Below, piece by piece: positions 1 through 9,293 of a DNA stretch of 64,000 nt (positions are counted from its first letter, which is position 1; each line of letters begins with the position of its first letter). This stretch comes from Candidatus Liptonbacteria bacterium (GTDB lineage Bacteria; Patescibacteriota; Minisyncoccia; UBA6257; 2-01-FULL-56-20). The translations under genes were made by a program, and so were the position numbers. Location of the stretch: the NCBI GenBank assembly GCA_023244895.1, contig JAHFLL010000001.1, positions 681,802 to 745,801 of the forward strand, read 5' to 3'. The notes under the pieces are model-generated. The model did not search any database and had not been told where the DNA came from. It saw only the letters and a list, made by a program, of their open reading frames with translations.

Positions 1-21
1 GGCAGAAAAACTTTTTCTGCC
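1..21. repeat. Perfect 21-bp hairpin palindrome ggcagaaaaactttttctgcc at the window edge; may be the terminator of an upstream gene outside the window
   Basis: Inverted repeat read directly from the sequence. Confidence 0.4.
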
Positions 22-144
22 TGTTTCTGACGGGACATGACCCTTATCCTAACGATTCTGAGAAGAAAAATAAAGCTCTCTGAACTCCTACCGCCTACAC
101 TCTAAGTTCTAAGCACTAAGTCCTATTTTCTAATTTAAAAACCA

Positions 145-168
145 AAGCCCCCCGCTAAGCGGGGGGCC
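145..168 (-). terminator. GC-rich hairpin (agccccccgctaagcggggggc) just downstream of the stop of the giant minus-strand CDS
   Basis: Stem-loop lies 50 bp past the stop at 220; on the minus strand it is followed by a T-rich tract (plus-strand a-run at 133-143). Confidence 0.55.
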
Positions 169-219
169 AAGGTTTGGCCTGCAATCTTCTCAAGAGATCG
201 CAGAGCTATGTGACTTGTC

Positions 220-3200
220 TTAGGATCCAGACACGTACGAGACGGAGTTGAGGTTGATCGGGGCAACGTTGGTCGGCAGCGAAAGGCTGCTGGTCGGCGT
301 GCCGGATAGACCACCCGTGTATCTCACATCTGTAGCCGCGTTGATGGAAGCTCCCAAGCCCTGAACCACACCGTTCGCACCAGCGAGAGTCTTGGTAGAG
401 TCTACGCGTAGCTTGAAGGAGTATGGCTGACCGGCAGAGATCTGCCAGCCGGCAGTGGTGGTTCCGAACATCCAAGTCTTGGTGCAAGTGTTGGTGCCGT
501 CGCAAGCAGCCGAGGTCGTAGCCGTTACACCAGAGGTGCTGGTTACGTTCACGCCGTTCGCGTCAAGCAAGGTCACACCCGCCAAGAAGGTGGAGATGGA
601 CGGAGCTGTACCGCTGAAGGTTACGGTCAAGGTGTTGAGGTAGGCGTTGTCCGCCGCATCAGCCGTAAAGGTGATGGTGGCGAAGTCGTCCGCAGTCAAC
701 TTGGAGCGGCTAGAAGCCGAACCGATCGCGGCAGAAGAGGCAGTCAGCTTGGTGCGCAATACGGTTAAGGTATTGGCAGTCGCGCCGCCGGAAGCCAGAA
801 CAACCGAGGAAGTAGCGTTAGACGTACTGCCCTTGGCGTTTACGGTTTCCGAGCCCATGTCGTCGTTATCGGTGTCGGTGGAAGTCGCGATCCTGAAGCT
901 GTGTGCGGAGTTATCCGACGCAGCGTTGGAGTTGTAGGTCGCTACATCTCCCTTCAAGATCAAACTGACCGAACCATTCTGAGGGATGGTCAAGTTCACG
1001 CCCGAGAACTTGTAGTAGTAACCAGCACCCGGGTTGGAGCTGGAAGCCGCGGTGTTAGAAGAACCAGCCGTGCCGATCGGGTTAACCAAATCGGTGGACT
1101 TATAGAGCTTCAGATTACCGAAGGAAGGCTTCACAGTTGAGGTCGCAGCTACTACGTCGAAGACGTTCAGGTCGGTGACCTTAATTTCATCCACGTTGGA
1201 AGTCTCCGAAAGCTGGAAGGCAGCCAAGGTGACTCCAGTCGAACCCATTACTACCTGGCCGGTGGCCGGAGTAAGGGAAGAGTTGAGGCCAACTGTTAAG
1301 GTCGCCTGACCAGCTACCGTCACAGCCTGACCAGCGGTGGAGGTGCAAGACACGGCGGTGCCGGTCGAGCCACTGCCAGAGCAGCTGGAAAGAGTGGTGA
1401 TGGTGTTGTTGGTCTGAGAGGTCGCCGAGGACAAAATGTCCGCGTAGACATCCACATAGACGGTCGTACCCTGGGCAACAGTGAACGGAGTACCCGCGAA
1501 GGAGTAGCTACCGTTGTTAGCCAAGGTGGCTTGCGTCTGACCAAACTGAGTGGAACCAATCTTTACCATCAAGTTCTGGAACTGAGCGCCAGCGGCGCCC
1601 ATCAAAACCGTGACGTTAGAGATAGTAACAGACTCCGCGGAAGAGGCAGACAGAGCGTAAGAACCGATCTTGCGCGCCAACGCACCCTTAGCGAAGGTCT
1701 GGGTACCAACTGCGCTGTTCTGAGCTACGGACAATGAAGTCGCGGACAAGGTCAGAGCACTGCCAGTCGCAGAACCGCTTGAGGCGGCTTGGCTGGAAGA
1801 CATGCCCTGCAAGTTGCTGGTATTGCCGGTTAAAGCACCGGTAATAGAGCTGAATGCCGCAGTGGACTGCACGTCACCGACCAAAGACAACACGCGAGTG
1901 GTGTTGGCCGGGACAATGTAGTTGATGTTGGAGCTAGTGTTACCGAAGCAGTTCGAGGCAGTCGAAGTGGCTGCCGAGAAAGCTGTACCGGTACAGGTCG
2001 CAGAGGTGGTCAAGGAGCTTATAGTAGCACCCAACTGACCGCCCGCATCATCCATCATGCGCACATTCTTGATTTCCTGGTCCCAATCTGCACCCAAGGT
2101 GCCGGTCGGAATCAATTGGAAGCCCAAGAACTTTACCTTAACCGCTTCGCCAGCGGCGTAGATGTTGAACTTAGCAAACGTTACATTGGACTGACCCTTC
2201 GCAACATTGCCGGTCGGGGTGTTGGAGGCCAAGGTGACAGTAATCTGTCCCTGGCTGATCGTTACCTGAGTACCGGTGTTGGACTGGGCTCCAATCGGAA
2301 CATTGTACTGAGAGTCAACAGCTAATACATCGTAGGAGTTCAAGATTTCGAACTGGAAGTTATAGCTCGCGGAACCCATAACGTCGGCGTAAACCTGAAC
2401 GTTATTGGAGCCGGTGTTAATCGTTCCAGGGGCCGAAGCCAAATCAAAGTAGGCCGAGCCATCTGCCGCAACCTGCGCCAAGGTAGAACCTACCTGGGTG
2501 CCGTTCACGAATAGCTTGACGTTCTTCAGATCGGACTTGTTGGCCGAACCGATAACCTTGAAGTTGATGCCCTTCAACCACACCTTGGAGTTGCCTCCAG
2601 TGAAGGTCCAGGCACCTACGATTACGTTCTGAGAGCCAGCAGTTACCGAAGTACCAATCGAAGACGAAGCGATGGTTAAGGTCGCGATCGCAGGATTAGA
2701 TACAGTGGTGACTGTCATGGTGTTTCCGTTCAAAGGATAGGAACCGCCAGCGGTGATCGCTGTGCCGGCTACGTCGGTCGCGGAGATATCCGCAGCCGAA
2801 GCAACTCTGAAGGAAATGGTGTTACCCGCGAACAAACCAGTGGCTGGATCTATGGCCAACTCAAAGGTGCGGGTCTGACCGGCGCCGACCGAAAGGCCTA
2901 AGCCGGAGAAGACCAATACGCCACCCGAAAGGGAGTTGTACTGGGCCAATACCTTACCATTTTCGGTCAGGTACGCACCGGAGATAGAACTGTCGGAAAC
3001 AACACCAGCTTTGGTGAACTTGATACCGTTGAAATTCACGGCGCCAGAATTACCAGCGGTTACATTCACGGCCAAAACCGGAATGCGCGCCGCGGAAGTG
3101 GTGCCAGAAATGATAGAACCAGCAACCGGGTTAGAGGCAGCGATGGTCGCTGTCAAACCGGAAGCCGGAACTACTACTGTGCCAGTGCCTGTGCCAGTAC

Positions 3201-3654
3201 CGGTTCCGGTGCCTGTGCCAGTGCCTGTGCCAGTCGAAGTGCCCATCGCCGCGATCTTAGCCCGAGTGATTGCACCAAAGTAGCCGGACGCCGGAGAGAC
3301 TCCGTTCGCCGCTTGCCACTTGGCCAAGGCTGCCTTGGTAGCTGCACCGAAATATTCGGTCTCGTTACCAGGGGAACCAGCACCACTCGCGGATACCTGC
3401 GCGCCATGAGAGTTAAGGAACTGCTGAAGGGCTTTTACTTGCGCTCCCTTCGAACCAAGAGTGAGGTTCATGGTGAAGGAATACGAAGAACCGCCGGTCT
3501 GCGCAGTACCTAACTGCGCCTGCAGTGCCGAAACCTGAGCGAGCAAGGCCGCAATCTGGGCCTGAAGATCAGTGGACGATTGAGCGGATACGCTCGGAAC
3601 TATGGCCAAAACGGTCATAGCGGTAAGCGCTATGGAAACTAATTTTTTGCTCAT
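220..3654 (-). CDS. Giant secreted cell-surface protein (1144 aa). It has an N-terminal signal peptide, a coiled-coil segment, a peptidoglycan-binding-like domain, a (Gly-Thr)n linker, and a long Thr/Ser/Ala/Gly/Val-rich region predicted to be beta-rich. Looks like an S-layer protein or adhesin
   Basis: ORF of 1144 aa; signal peptide MSKKLVSIALTAMTVLAIVPSVSAQS; PG_binding_1-like segment (KGAQVKALQQFLNSHGAQV...GYFGAITRAKI); TGTGTGTGTG linker; low-complexity T/S/G/A-rich body. Confidence 0.85.
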   Translation of the reverse strand: MSKKLVSIALTAMTVLAIVPSVSAQSSTDLQAQIAALLAQVSALQAQLGTAQTGGSSYSFTMNLTLGSKGAQVKALQQFLNSHGAQVSASGAGSPGNETEYFGAATKAALAKWQAANGVSPASGYFGAITRAKIAAMGTSTGTGTGTGTGTGTGTGTGTVVVPASGLTATIAASNPVAGSIISGTTSAARIPVLAVNVTAGNSGAVNFNGIKFTKAGVVSDSSISGAYLTENGKVLAQYNSLSGGVLVFSGLGLSVGAGQTRTFELAIDPATGLFAGNTISFRVASAADISATDVAGTAITAGGSYPLNGNTMTVTTVSNPAIATLTIASSSIGTSVTAGSQNVIVGAWTFTGGNSKVWLKGINFKVIGSANKSDLKNVKLFVNGTQVGSTLAQVAADGSAYFDLASAPGTINTGSNNVQVYADVMGSASYNFQFEILNSYDVLAVDSQYNVPIGAQSNTGTQVTISQGQITVTLASNTPTGNVAKGQSNVTFAKFNIYAAGEAVKVKFLGFQLIPTGTLGADWDQEIKNVRMMDDAGGQLGATISSLTTSATCTGTAFSAATSTASNCFGNTSSNINYIVPANTTRVLSLVGDVQSTAAFSSITGALTGNTSNLQGMSSSQAASSGSATGSALTLSATSLSVAQNSAVGTQTFAKGALARKIGSYALSASSAESVTISNVTVLMGAAGAQFQNLMVKIGSTQFGQTQATLANNGSYSFAGTPFTVAQGTTVYVDVYADILSSATSQTNNTITTLSSCSGSGSTGTAVSCTSTAGQAVTVAGQATLTVGLNSSLTPATGQVVMGSTGVTLAAFQLSETSNVDEIKVTDLNVFDVVAATSTVKPSFGNLKLYKSTDLVNPIGTAGSSNTAASSSNPGAGYYYKFSGVNLTIPQNGSVSLILKGDVATYNSNAASDNSAHSFRIATSTDTDNDDMGSETVNAKGSTSNATSSVVLASGGATANTLTVLRTKLTASSAAIGSASSRSKLTADDFATITFTADAADNAYLNTLTVTFSGTAPSISTFLAGVTLLDANGVNVTSTSGVTATTSAACDGTNTCTKTWMFGTTTAGWQISAGQPYSFKLRVDSTKTLAGANGVVQGLGASINAATDVRYTGGLSGTPTSSLSLPTNVAPINLNSVSYVSGS

Positions 3655-3805
3655 CTTTTACTGAATTACTTACTTTTAATTTCGTTTTAATTTTTTTCTG
3701 GAAGGGTGATTCCGGCGCTATCGACCCGTCTTCTAACCTGTGAGGTTGGTCAGATGGACAGCTGTACGGAGACCCGTAGTAACAATGAAAACCCGGATAA
3801 TAAAA

Positions 3806-3832
3806 AACTCGCTCTGGGAGCGAGGCTTGGTA
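3806..3832 (-). terminator. Rho-independent terminator candidate downstream of the HTH gene
   Basis: Hairpin ctcgctctgggagcgag; on the minus strand it is followed by a T-run. Confidence 0.45.
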
Positions 3833-4044
3833 TACGAATGCCTTAACGAACAGGCACACACGAATAATTCTATTCGTATGGGCGCGTTCGTAGCGCGCTA
3901 TCCGTATGCCAGATTCAGCCTCACTTCCGAATCCGGGCTGGTCCGAAGACCTTAAATTGACAACTGCGATTATACCCTCCTTACCACAAAAAATCAACTC
4001 CTGCAGGGTATAGCGGAAGAGGAAACGGGTAGCCCGTTAAAAGG

Positions 4045-4773
4045 TTACGGCAGGGGGCTAGAAAGCGCCTTTGGACCATTTTCCGGCACGGAAATGACCG
4101 TATCGCGCCTGACTCTGTAATAGGTAGCTGGCCCTCCCCCGCCGATACGCTCTACCTCGCCCGAAACCATCAGCTCCTGTATGTCATAACGCAAAGTCCG
4201 GTCGCTTATGTCCGGCAAGGCCTCTTGGATGTCTCGCAACCGGCAACTGCCCGCCTGCCTTATTTTACTTAGAATTGCCTCTCGACGAACATTGGATTCG
4301 GCACTGTTTTTCTTGGATTCCTTAACCTCCTTAGGCTCCCCATTCTCCTGCTTAGGCTCTTTCGGCAAGACGCTTATCTTTGCCTCTCTGGGTTCCTTTT
4401 GCCGAATTGCCGAATTGCCGAATTGTTTCGGCAATGGCGTAAATATATTGCCGAGTTCAATTGCCGGATTATCCGGCAATATTGCCGAATTCATTGCCGA
4501 ATTAAGATTCTGCAATTCGGCAATAATGAGCTGACTATGATTTTGCCGAATTAAGCCAGATTCGGCAATTATTCTTAAAATATTCTCCAATCCGGCAAGA
4601 TGCTTATTAAAAGAGTCCCTATCTAAGGCGCTTGCCGATTCCATTACGCCTATTGCATGGGAGTATAAAACAGACCTTATTGCCGGATCCTGGTTCGCGG
4701 CAACCCTAAAGACAGCGTAAGCTATTTCGAAACCCTTTTTGCCGAATACCTGTTCTTTGCTTAATTCCGGCAT
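4045..4773 (-). CDS. Transcriptional regulator-like protein with a C-terminal DeoR-type winged-helix HTH. The N-terminal domain is uncharacterized
   Basis: 242 aa; C-terminal segment ILSKIRQAGSCRLRDIQEALPDISDRTLRYDIQELMVSGEVERIG resembles a DeoR/HTH_11 domain; the N-terminal coding DNA is full of GCCGAAT repeats. Confidence 0.6.
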   Translation of the reverse strand: MPELSKEQVFGKKGFEIAYAVFRVAANQDPAIRSVLYSHAIGVMESASALDRDSFNKHLAGLENILRIIAESGLIRQNHSQLIIAELQNLNSAMNSAILPDNPAIELGNIFTPLPKQFGNSAIRQKEPREAKISVLPKEPKQENGEPKEVKESKKNSAESNVRREAILSKIRQAGSCRLRDIQEALPDISDRTLRYDIQELMVSGEVERIGGGGPATYYRVRRDTVISVPENGPKALSSPLP

Positions 4774-4850
4774 TGCCTTAATTCGGCAATACTATCGCAC
4801 AAGCCAAAAAGGAATGCAAGCCGAATTGCCGGATATTCGGCAAGCACCAA
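4395..4850. repeat. Dense cluster of roughly 20 copies of the 9-10-mer ATTGCCGAAT / ATTCGGCAAT in both orientations. It includes three tandem gccgaatt units. The cluster spans the 5' half of the HTH CDS and about 75 bp upstream of it
   Basis: Direct reading, e.g. ttttgccgaattgccgaattgccgaattgtttcggcaatgg; attgccgaattcattgccgaattaagattctgcaattcggcaat; gccgaattgccggatattcggcaag. Confidence 0.8.
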
Positions 4851-4934
4851 GTTCCAAATACCAAACTCCAAACAAATCCCTCCGACAGGAGCGGGTTGAT
4901 GCTTGTTTGTTATTTGGTGCTTGGGATTTGGGAT

Positions 4935-5726
4935 TTACGCAATTTTATTGCGTTGCATGTATTCCTCCGCCTCCTTTAACCCCTCTAAAGTCCCGCAGTC
5001 CAAACGATGTCCGTCAAATTCCCAGCCATAGACATAATTCCCCTTTTTAAACTCCATATCTATGCCGGAATAAACCGGCAGGGCATCCGCCGCGTGCGCC
5101 ATATTCAAAGATGCCTCTTTTAAGTTTTTCAGAATCTCCGGACCCAAAACATATCCACCTATCACATAGAGTTCGGAGGGAACCTGCGCGAGAGGCGGCT
5201 TTTCTATAATATTTGAAATCTGATAAACGTCCGGTTCGCCCAAAACAGGCTCGGCAACTACCACGCCGTAACGCACTATTACCTCCTTCGGTCCGCGCGC
5301 CAGAAGCACGGCGGAACGATCTTTTTTTTCATACAATTCTATGAGGCGCGTAAGAGTCGGCTGACCGCCAAGAATTATGTCGTCGCAAAATCTCATTAGA
5401 AAGGGCTCCTCCCCTATTAAGTCTTCCGCCTGTAAAATCGCGTGGCCATGACCCAACGGTTCGGCCTGGACGCGAATATGGAATTTCAACTTGGGATATT
5501 CTCTTCCAGCTTCTTCAATATACTCCTCGTAAGCACCTTGGTGCTGGGGACTAACGATCAAAACAACTTCCTCAAGCTCGGTCTTTTTAATCTCGTCCAG
5601 AATATAGGAGACTATCGGCCGACCCGCGAGCGGAATCAGGTTTTTAGGGGTGGTAAGCGTAAGCGGCATCAAGCGCTTGCCTATCCCCGCTACCGGTAAA
5701 ATTATTTTGCGTACCTTGTGGCTCAT
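4935..5726 (-). CDS. Sugar-1-phosphate nucleotidyltransferase, most similar to UTP--glucose-1-phosphate uridylyltransferase (GalU-like)
   Basis: N-terminal motif KIILPVAGIGKRLMPLTLTTPKNLIPLAG (G-x-G-x-R-x-P-x-T-K); length 263 aa. Confidence 0.7.
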   Translation of the reverse strand: MSHKVRKIILPVAGIGKRLMPLTLTTPKNLIPLAGRPIVSYILDEIKKTELEEVVLIVSPQHQGAYEEYIEEAGREYPKLKFHIRVQAEPLGHGHAILQAEDLIGEEPFLMRFCDDIILGGQPTLTRLIELYEKKDRSAVLLARGPKEVIVRYGVVVAEPVLGEPDVYQISNIIEKPPLAQVPSELYVIGGYVLGPEILKNLKEASLNMAHAADALPVYSGIDMEFKKGNYVYGWEFDGHRLDCGTLEGLKEAEEYMQRNKIA

Positions 5727-5811
5727 ATTTCCGATAATATCCGCAACTTATCTGATAGGCAAATTCTGGGGACGGTCTACCCTCTAGCGGGCCCGCCAAA
5801 AGCGGGCAAGT

Positions 5812-6546
5812 TTATCCTCCCCCGGCGGAAGACCAAATAGACCAAGAGTTGGCAGTTAGCATCAAAATAACGAGCGCAAACCAGGTAGAAAAGTAGAGCA
5901 GTCCGCTCCGACGAGAAAGAGCTCCCCGAAAACTTTCCAAAACCATCTCCGTCCCGATAACCAAAGACACCAAGACTAATCCGGTTTGGAGATATTGACT
6001 CATGGGCAGAATAGACGCGACCCAAATGAGCTCTAAGGTGAAAAATGCCAAAACGCCAGCGCCCACCGCTCGTCGCCCGGGCGCGAGCTCCTCTCCCCCA
6101 TAGTGGAACATAAGATGGTTCAGCAAAAAGAAAATCGCGAGCGCGAGAATTATCGCGGTGAGCCACAAGCCTGGCACGCCAGGATTTGTGAAATATCCAA
6201 AAAACAAGAGAAGCATCACAAAAGAAAGCGTGAAGAACAAGGCCTCGCTGGCAGATGCCCGATTTATGAGCAATAGGTCCTTAATGCCCAGGACCAGAAA
6301 CATCAAAACCGACAGGAGTAATGCCATCCAAAAATTACTAGCCGGAACAAAAAAAGTAATCCCCAATAAGGCCAAAAATGGCAGTCCCGTCCGGCCGGGC
6401 TGGAAAAAGGGAATGAAGTAAAGCAAAAGCGCAACCGCAAGAAACCAGCCATAGGGCAGAAGCCAAAAAGCCGCTCCGAACGCGACGGCTCTAGCTACCA
6501 ACCACCAAGGCGTTATTTTTGAAATTGACCTTAATTTTTCCTCCAT
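5812..6546 (-). CDS. Polytopic integral membrane protein, function unknown. The 5' end overlaps the clpB stop, so the true start may be internal
   Basis: Highly hydrophobic 244-aa ORF with several predicted TM helices. Confidence 0.5.
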   Translation of the reverse strand: MEEKLRSISKITPWWLVARAVAFGAAFWLLPYGWFLAVALLLYFIPFFQPGRTGLPFLALLGITFFVPASNFWMALLLSVLMFLVLGIKDLLLINRASASEALFFTLSFVMLLLFFGYFTNPGVPGLWLTAIILALAIFFLLNHLMFHYGGEELAPGRRAVGAGVLAFFTLELIWVASILPMSQYLQTGLVLVSLVIGTEMVLESFRGALSRRSGLLYFSTWFALVILMLTANSWSIWSSAGGG

Positions 6547-9136
6547 TTTTGAATTCTCCGCGAATAATCTTATCCGCTAGACCGTCTAGAATAACCTTCT
6601 GCATCAAGCGCTTTAAAGGTCGCGCGCCGAAATCCGGGTCAAAGCCCTCTTTGGCCAGGTATTTCTTGGCAGCCGGGTCTAGAGTTATTTTAATGCTTTT
6701 TTCGGATAAACGCTCTTCTATTTGGCGGAATTGAATATCCACGATCTTCTCTATCTCCTGGGGAGACAAAGGATTAAAGATAATCACGTCATCTATACGA
6801 TTCAAGAACTCCGGCCGAAAACTGCGCTTTAGGGCCTCCATCACCTTACTCTTATAATCCTCCGTGTCTACTTCTTTCTCATTTTCTCCGTCCGCCCGGA
6901 AGCCCAGCTTGGTAGTAGAGCGCAAATGCTGACTGCCCACATTGGAGGTCATAATAATAATCGCATTCCGGAAATTAACCGTCTTACCCTTGCTGTCGGT
7001 TAGCCGGCCGTTGTCCAAAATCTGTAGCAATAAGTTGAACACCTCCGGATGAGCTTTTTCTATCTCGTCAAAAAGTATCAGGCTGTAGGGTCGATGGCGG
7101 ACCGTTTCGGTCAGCTGTCCACCCTCCTCGTGACCGACGTAGCCCGGAGGCGAACCTATTAGCCTGCTAGTAGAGTGCCGCTCCATATATTCCGACATAT
7201 CAATACGGATTATGGCCTTCTCGTCGTTGAACATAAATTCCGCGAGTGTGCGCGCCAGCTCCGTCTTACCCACCCCAGTCGGACCGAGAAACATAAATGA
7301 GCCCAAGGGTCTACTCGGGTCAGAAAGTCCCGCGCGAGCGCGGCGCAGGGCGGAGGAAACAGCTTTAATAGCCTGATCCTGGCCCACTACCCTCTCTCGT
7401 AAGACATCTTCTATTTTGGTTAGCTTCTCGCCTTCCGACTCCAGCATCCTTTGAAGCGGTATGCCCGTCCAGAGAGAAACCACCGCCGCCACATCTTCCT
7501 TGTCCACTGCCTCTTTTAGAAAATGCGCTTCTTCTCCTGATTTTTTTGTTTTCTTGCCCTCGCTGAAGTGCTTCTTCTCGTAGTTTTCGTAATCCTTCTG
7601 AGCCTGAGGCAGTTCTCCGTAAATTATTTCTGCTACCCGCTCTAGGTTGCCATCTCTCTCCGCCACCTCCACTTCCCTTTTCAGGTTTTCTAACTTTTGT
7701 CTCAACTGGTGCAGAGTCTCAAACTTAACTTTTTCGGTACGCCAACGAGAAGAGAGCTCTTCGTTCTCTCCTTTTAGTTTGGCCAAATCGGAATCAATCT
7801 GTTTTAAGCGCGCTTTGCTACCGGAGGTCTCTTCCTTGCTAAGCGCCTGGCGCTCTACTTCCAGACGAGTCATCTCTCTACGCGCCTTACTTATTTCGGT
7901 CGGCAAGCTCTCACTCAGTAGGCGCCTCGCTGCCGCCGCTTCATCAATTAAGTCCACTGCCTTATCCGGCAAAAAACGGTCAGAGATGTAGCGCGCGGAA
8001 AGATTGACCGCCGCCACAATTGCCTCGTCCGAGATACGCAGACCGTGGTGAATTTCATATTTCTCCTTCAGGCCCCGCAAAATAGCAATAGAATCTTCTA
8101 TGCCGGGCTCCTCTACCATAACCGGTTGGAAGCGTCTCTCTAGAGCCGGGTCCTTTTCAATATAACGCTGATATTCCCGGATTGTGGTCGCGCCGATAGC
8201 ATGCAATTCCCCTCTTGCCAAAGCCGGCTTCAATAAGTTGGAAGCATCCACCGCGCCCTCCGCCGCGCCTGCGCCCACGATAGTATGTATCTCATCTATA
8301 AAAAGTATCAGCCGCCCCGCGGAATTTTTTATCTCCTTCACGAAAGCCTTAAGACGGTCTTCAAATTCTCCCCTAAACTTAGTGCCCGCGATTAGCGCGC
8401 CTAGGTCCAGCATTAAAATCTGCTTGTCTTTTAATGTTTCCGGTACCTCGCCCGAGACAATCTTCTGAGCCAGACCCTCCACTATCGCGGTCTTGCCCAC
8501 ACCCGGCTCGCCGATTAGGACCGGATTGTTCTTGGTGCGCCGGGAGAGAACCTGTATGACCCGACGCAACTCATCGTCCCGCCCGATAACGGGGTCAAGC
8601 TGACCGGCCTTAGCCTTGTCGCTTAGGTTGATAGCGTATTTTTCCAGCACCTGATACTTGGTTTCCGGAGTTTCGTCCGTCACGCGCGCGGAACCGCGCA
8701 ACTGGGCCAGAATTCTTATGGCCGCGTCTCTCCTTAAACCGGATTCCTGCAAGGTTCGCTGAGCCGCGGAGGGAATGTCCAGGATAGCGAGCAGAATATG
8801 CTCGCAGGAAATGAATTCGTCTTTCTGCTGGGCAGCCACTTTGGCGGACTGGTCCAAAATACGCATCACTTCTTGAGAAAGATAGAGCTGACCCACCGCC
8901 CCACCCCCGGCTATTTTAGGCAGCTGGTCAATCTGCGCCTCTACGTCGCTCTGAAGTTTTTCCAAATTTATTCCCGCTTGCGCCATAAGCGGCTGGACCA
9001 AAGATTGGCTGTCCGACACGAGGGACAAGAGTAAGTGCAGAGCCTTAAGCTCACCATGATTCTTCTCGGCAGCCTTCTCCTGCGCGAATTGTAATGATTC
9101 CTGAGCCTTTATGGTAAAACGGTGAAAATTGGGCAT
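6491..9136 (-). CDS. clpB: ATP-dependent chaperone/disaggregase ClpB
   Basis: 881 aa; two AAA+ modules with Walker A motifs GEPGVGKT and GPTGVGKT; a long coiled-coil middle domain; N-terminus [16 protein letters not shown] typical of ClpB. Confidence 0.95.
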   Translation of the reverse strand: MPNFHRFTIKAQESLQFAQEKAAEKNHGELKALHLLLSLVSDSQSLVQPLMAQAGINLEKLQSDVEAQIDQLPKIAGGGAVGQLYLSQEVMRILDQSAKVAAQQKDEFISCEHILLAILDIPSAAQRTLQESGLRRDAAIRILAQLRGSARVTDETPETKYQVLEKYAINLSDKAKAGQLDPVIGRDDELRRVIQVLSRRTKNNPVLIGEPGVGKTAIVEGLAQKIVSGEVPETLKDKQILMLDLGALIAGTKFRGEFEDRLKAFVKEIKNSAGRLILFIDEIHTIVGAGAAEGAVDASNLLKPALARGELHAIGATTIREYQRYIEKDPALERRFQPVMVEEPGIEDSIAILRGLKEKYEIHHGLRISDEAIVAAVNLSARYISDRFLPDKAVDLIDEAAAARRLLSESLPTEISKARREMTRLEVERQALSKEETSGSKARLKQIDSDLAKLKGENEELSSRWRTEKVKFETLHQLRQKLENLKREVEVAERDGNLERVAEIIYGELPQAQKDYENYEKKHFSEGKKTKKSGEEAHFLKEAVDKEDVAAVVSLWTGIPLQRMLESEGEKLTKIEDVLRERVVGQDQAIKAVSSALRRARAGLSDPSRPLGSFMFLGPTGVGKTELARTLAEFMFNDEKAIIRIDMSEYMERHSTSRLIGSPPGYVGHEEGGQLTETVRHRPYSLILFDEIEKAHPEVFNLLLQILDNGRLTDSKGKTVNFRNAIIIMTSNVGSQHLRSTTKLGFRADGENEKEVDTEDYKSKVMEALKRSFRPEFLNRIDDVIIFNPLSPQEIEKIVDIQFRQIEERLSEKSIKITLDPAAKKYLAKEGFDPDFGARPLKRLMQKVILDGLADKIIRGEFKNGGKIKVNFKNNALVVGS

Positions 9137-9293
9137 TTGAGATAAATTAAAGTTTATAAATCAAAATGTAGAATGGCGAACTCGCCACACAGCGAATTAT
9201 ACCTTAATTCCGCATTTTGATATTTGATTTTTGAACTGAGTTTAAGAAATATTGTCAGTCCTGTCAACAGATTGCCAATACGCCCCTAAAAGT

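Noticed and set aside
206-3513. Multiple plus-strand and alternative-frame ORFs (for example 455-643, 647-937, 2936-3283 with a PVPVPV run, 3174-3407) overlapping the giant gene
   Set aside because: They are low-complexity mirror-frame artefacts of the GC-rich repetitive coding sequence. The 1144-aa minus-strand frame has the signal peptide and domain structure.
3569-3997. 142-aa minus-strand ORF upstream of the surface protein gene
   Set aside because: It lies across the promoter/5' leader and the terminator hairpin of the HTH gene. It has no protein-like features and is likely spurious.
4395-4850. Possible CRISPR array suggested by the dense short repeats
   Set aside because: The repeats are only 9-10 bp, occur in both orientations, have no regular spacer length, and largely sit inside an intact ORF. 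This is not CRISPR architecture.
6158-6421. 87-aa plus-strand ORF rich in Lys and Pro inside the membrane protein gene region
   Set aside because: It is antisense to a hydrophobic ORF and is low complexity.
9137-9293. CIRCE or another heat-shock operator upstream of clpB
   Set aside because: Only weak partial inverted repeats (ttgtcagtcctgtcaacag) are present, with no convincing TTAGCACTC-N9-GAGTGCTAA match. The groES site, in contrast, is convincing.
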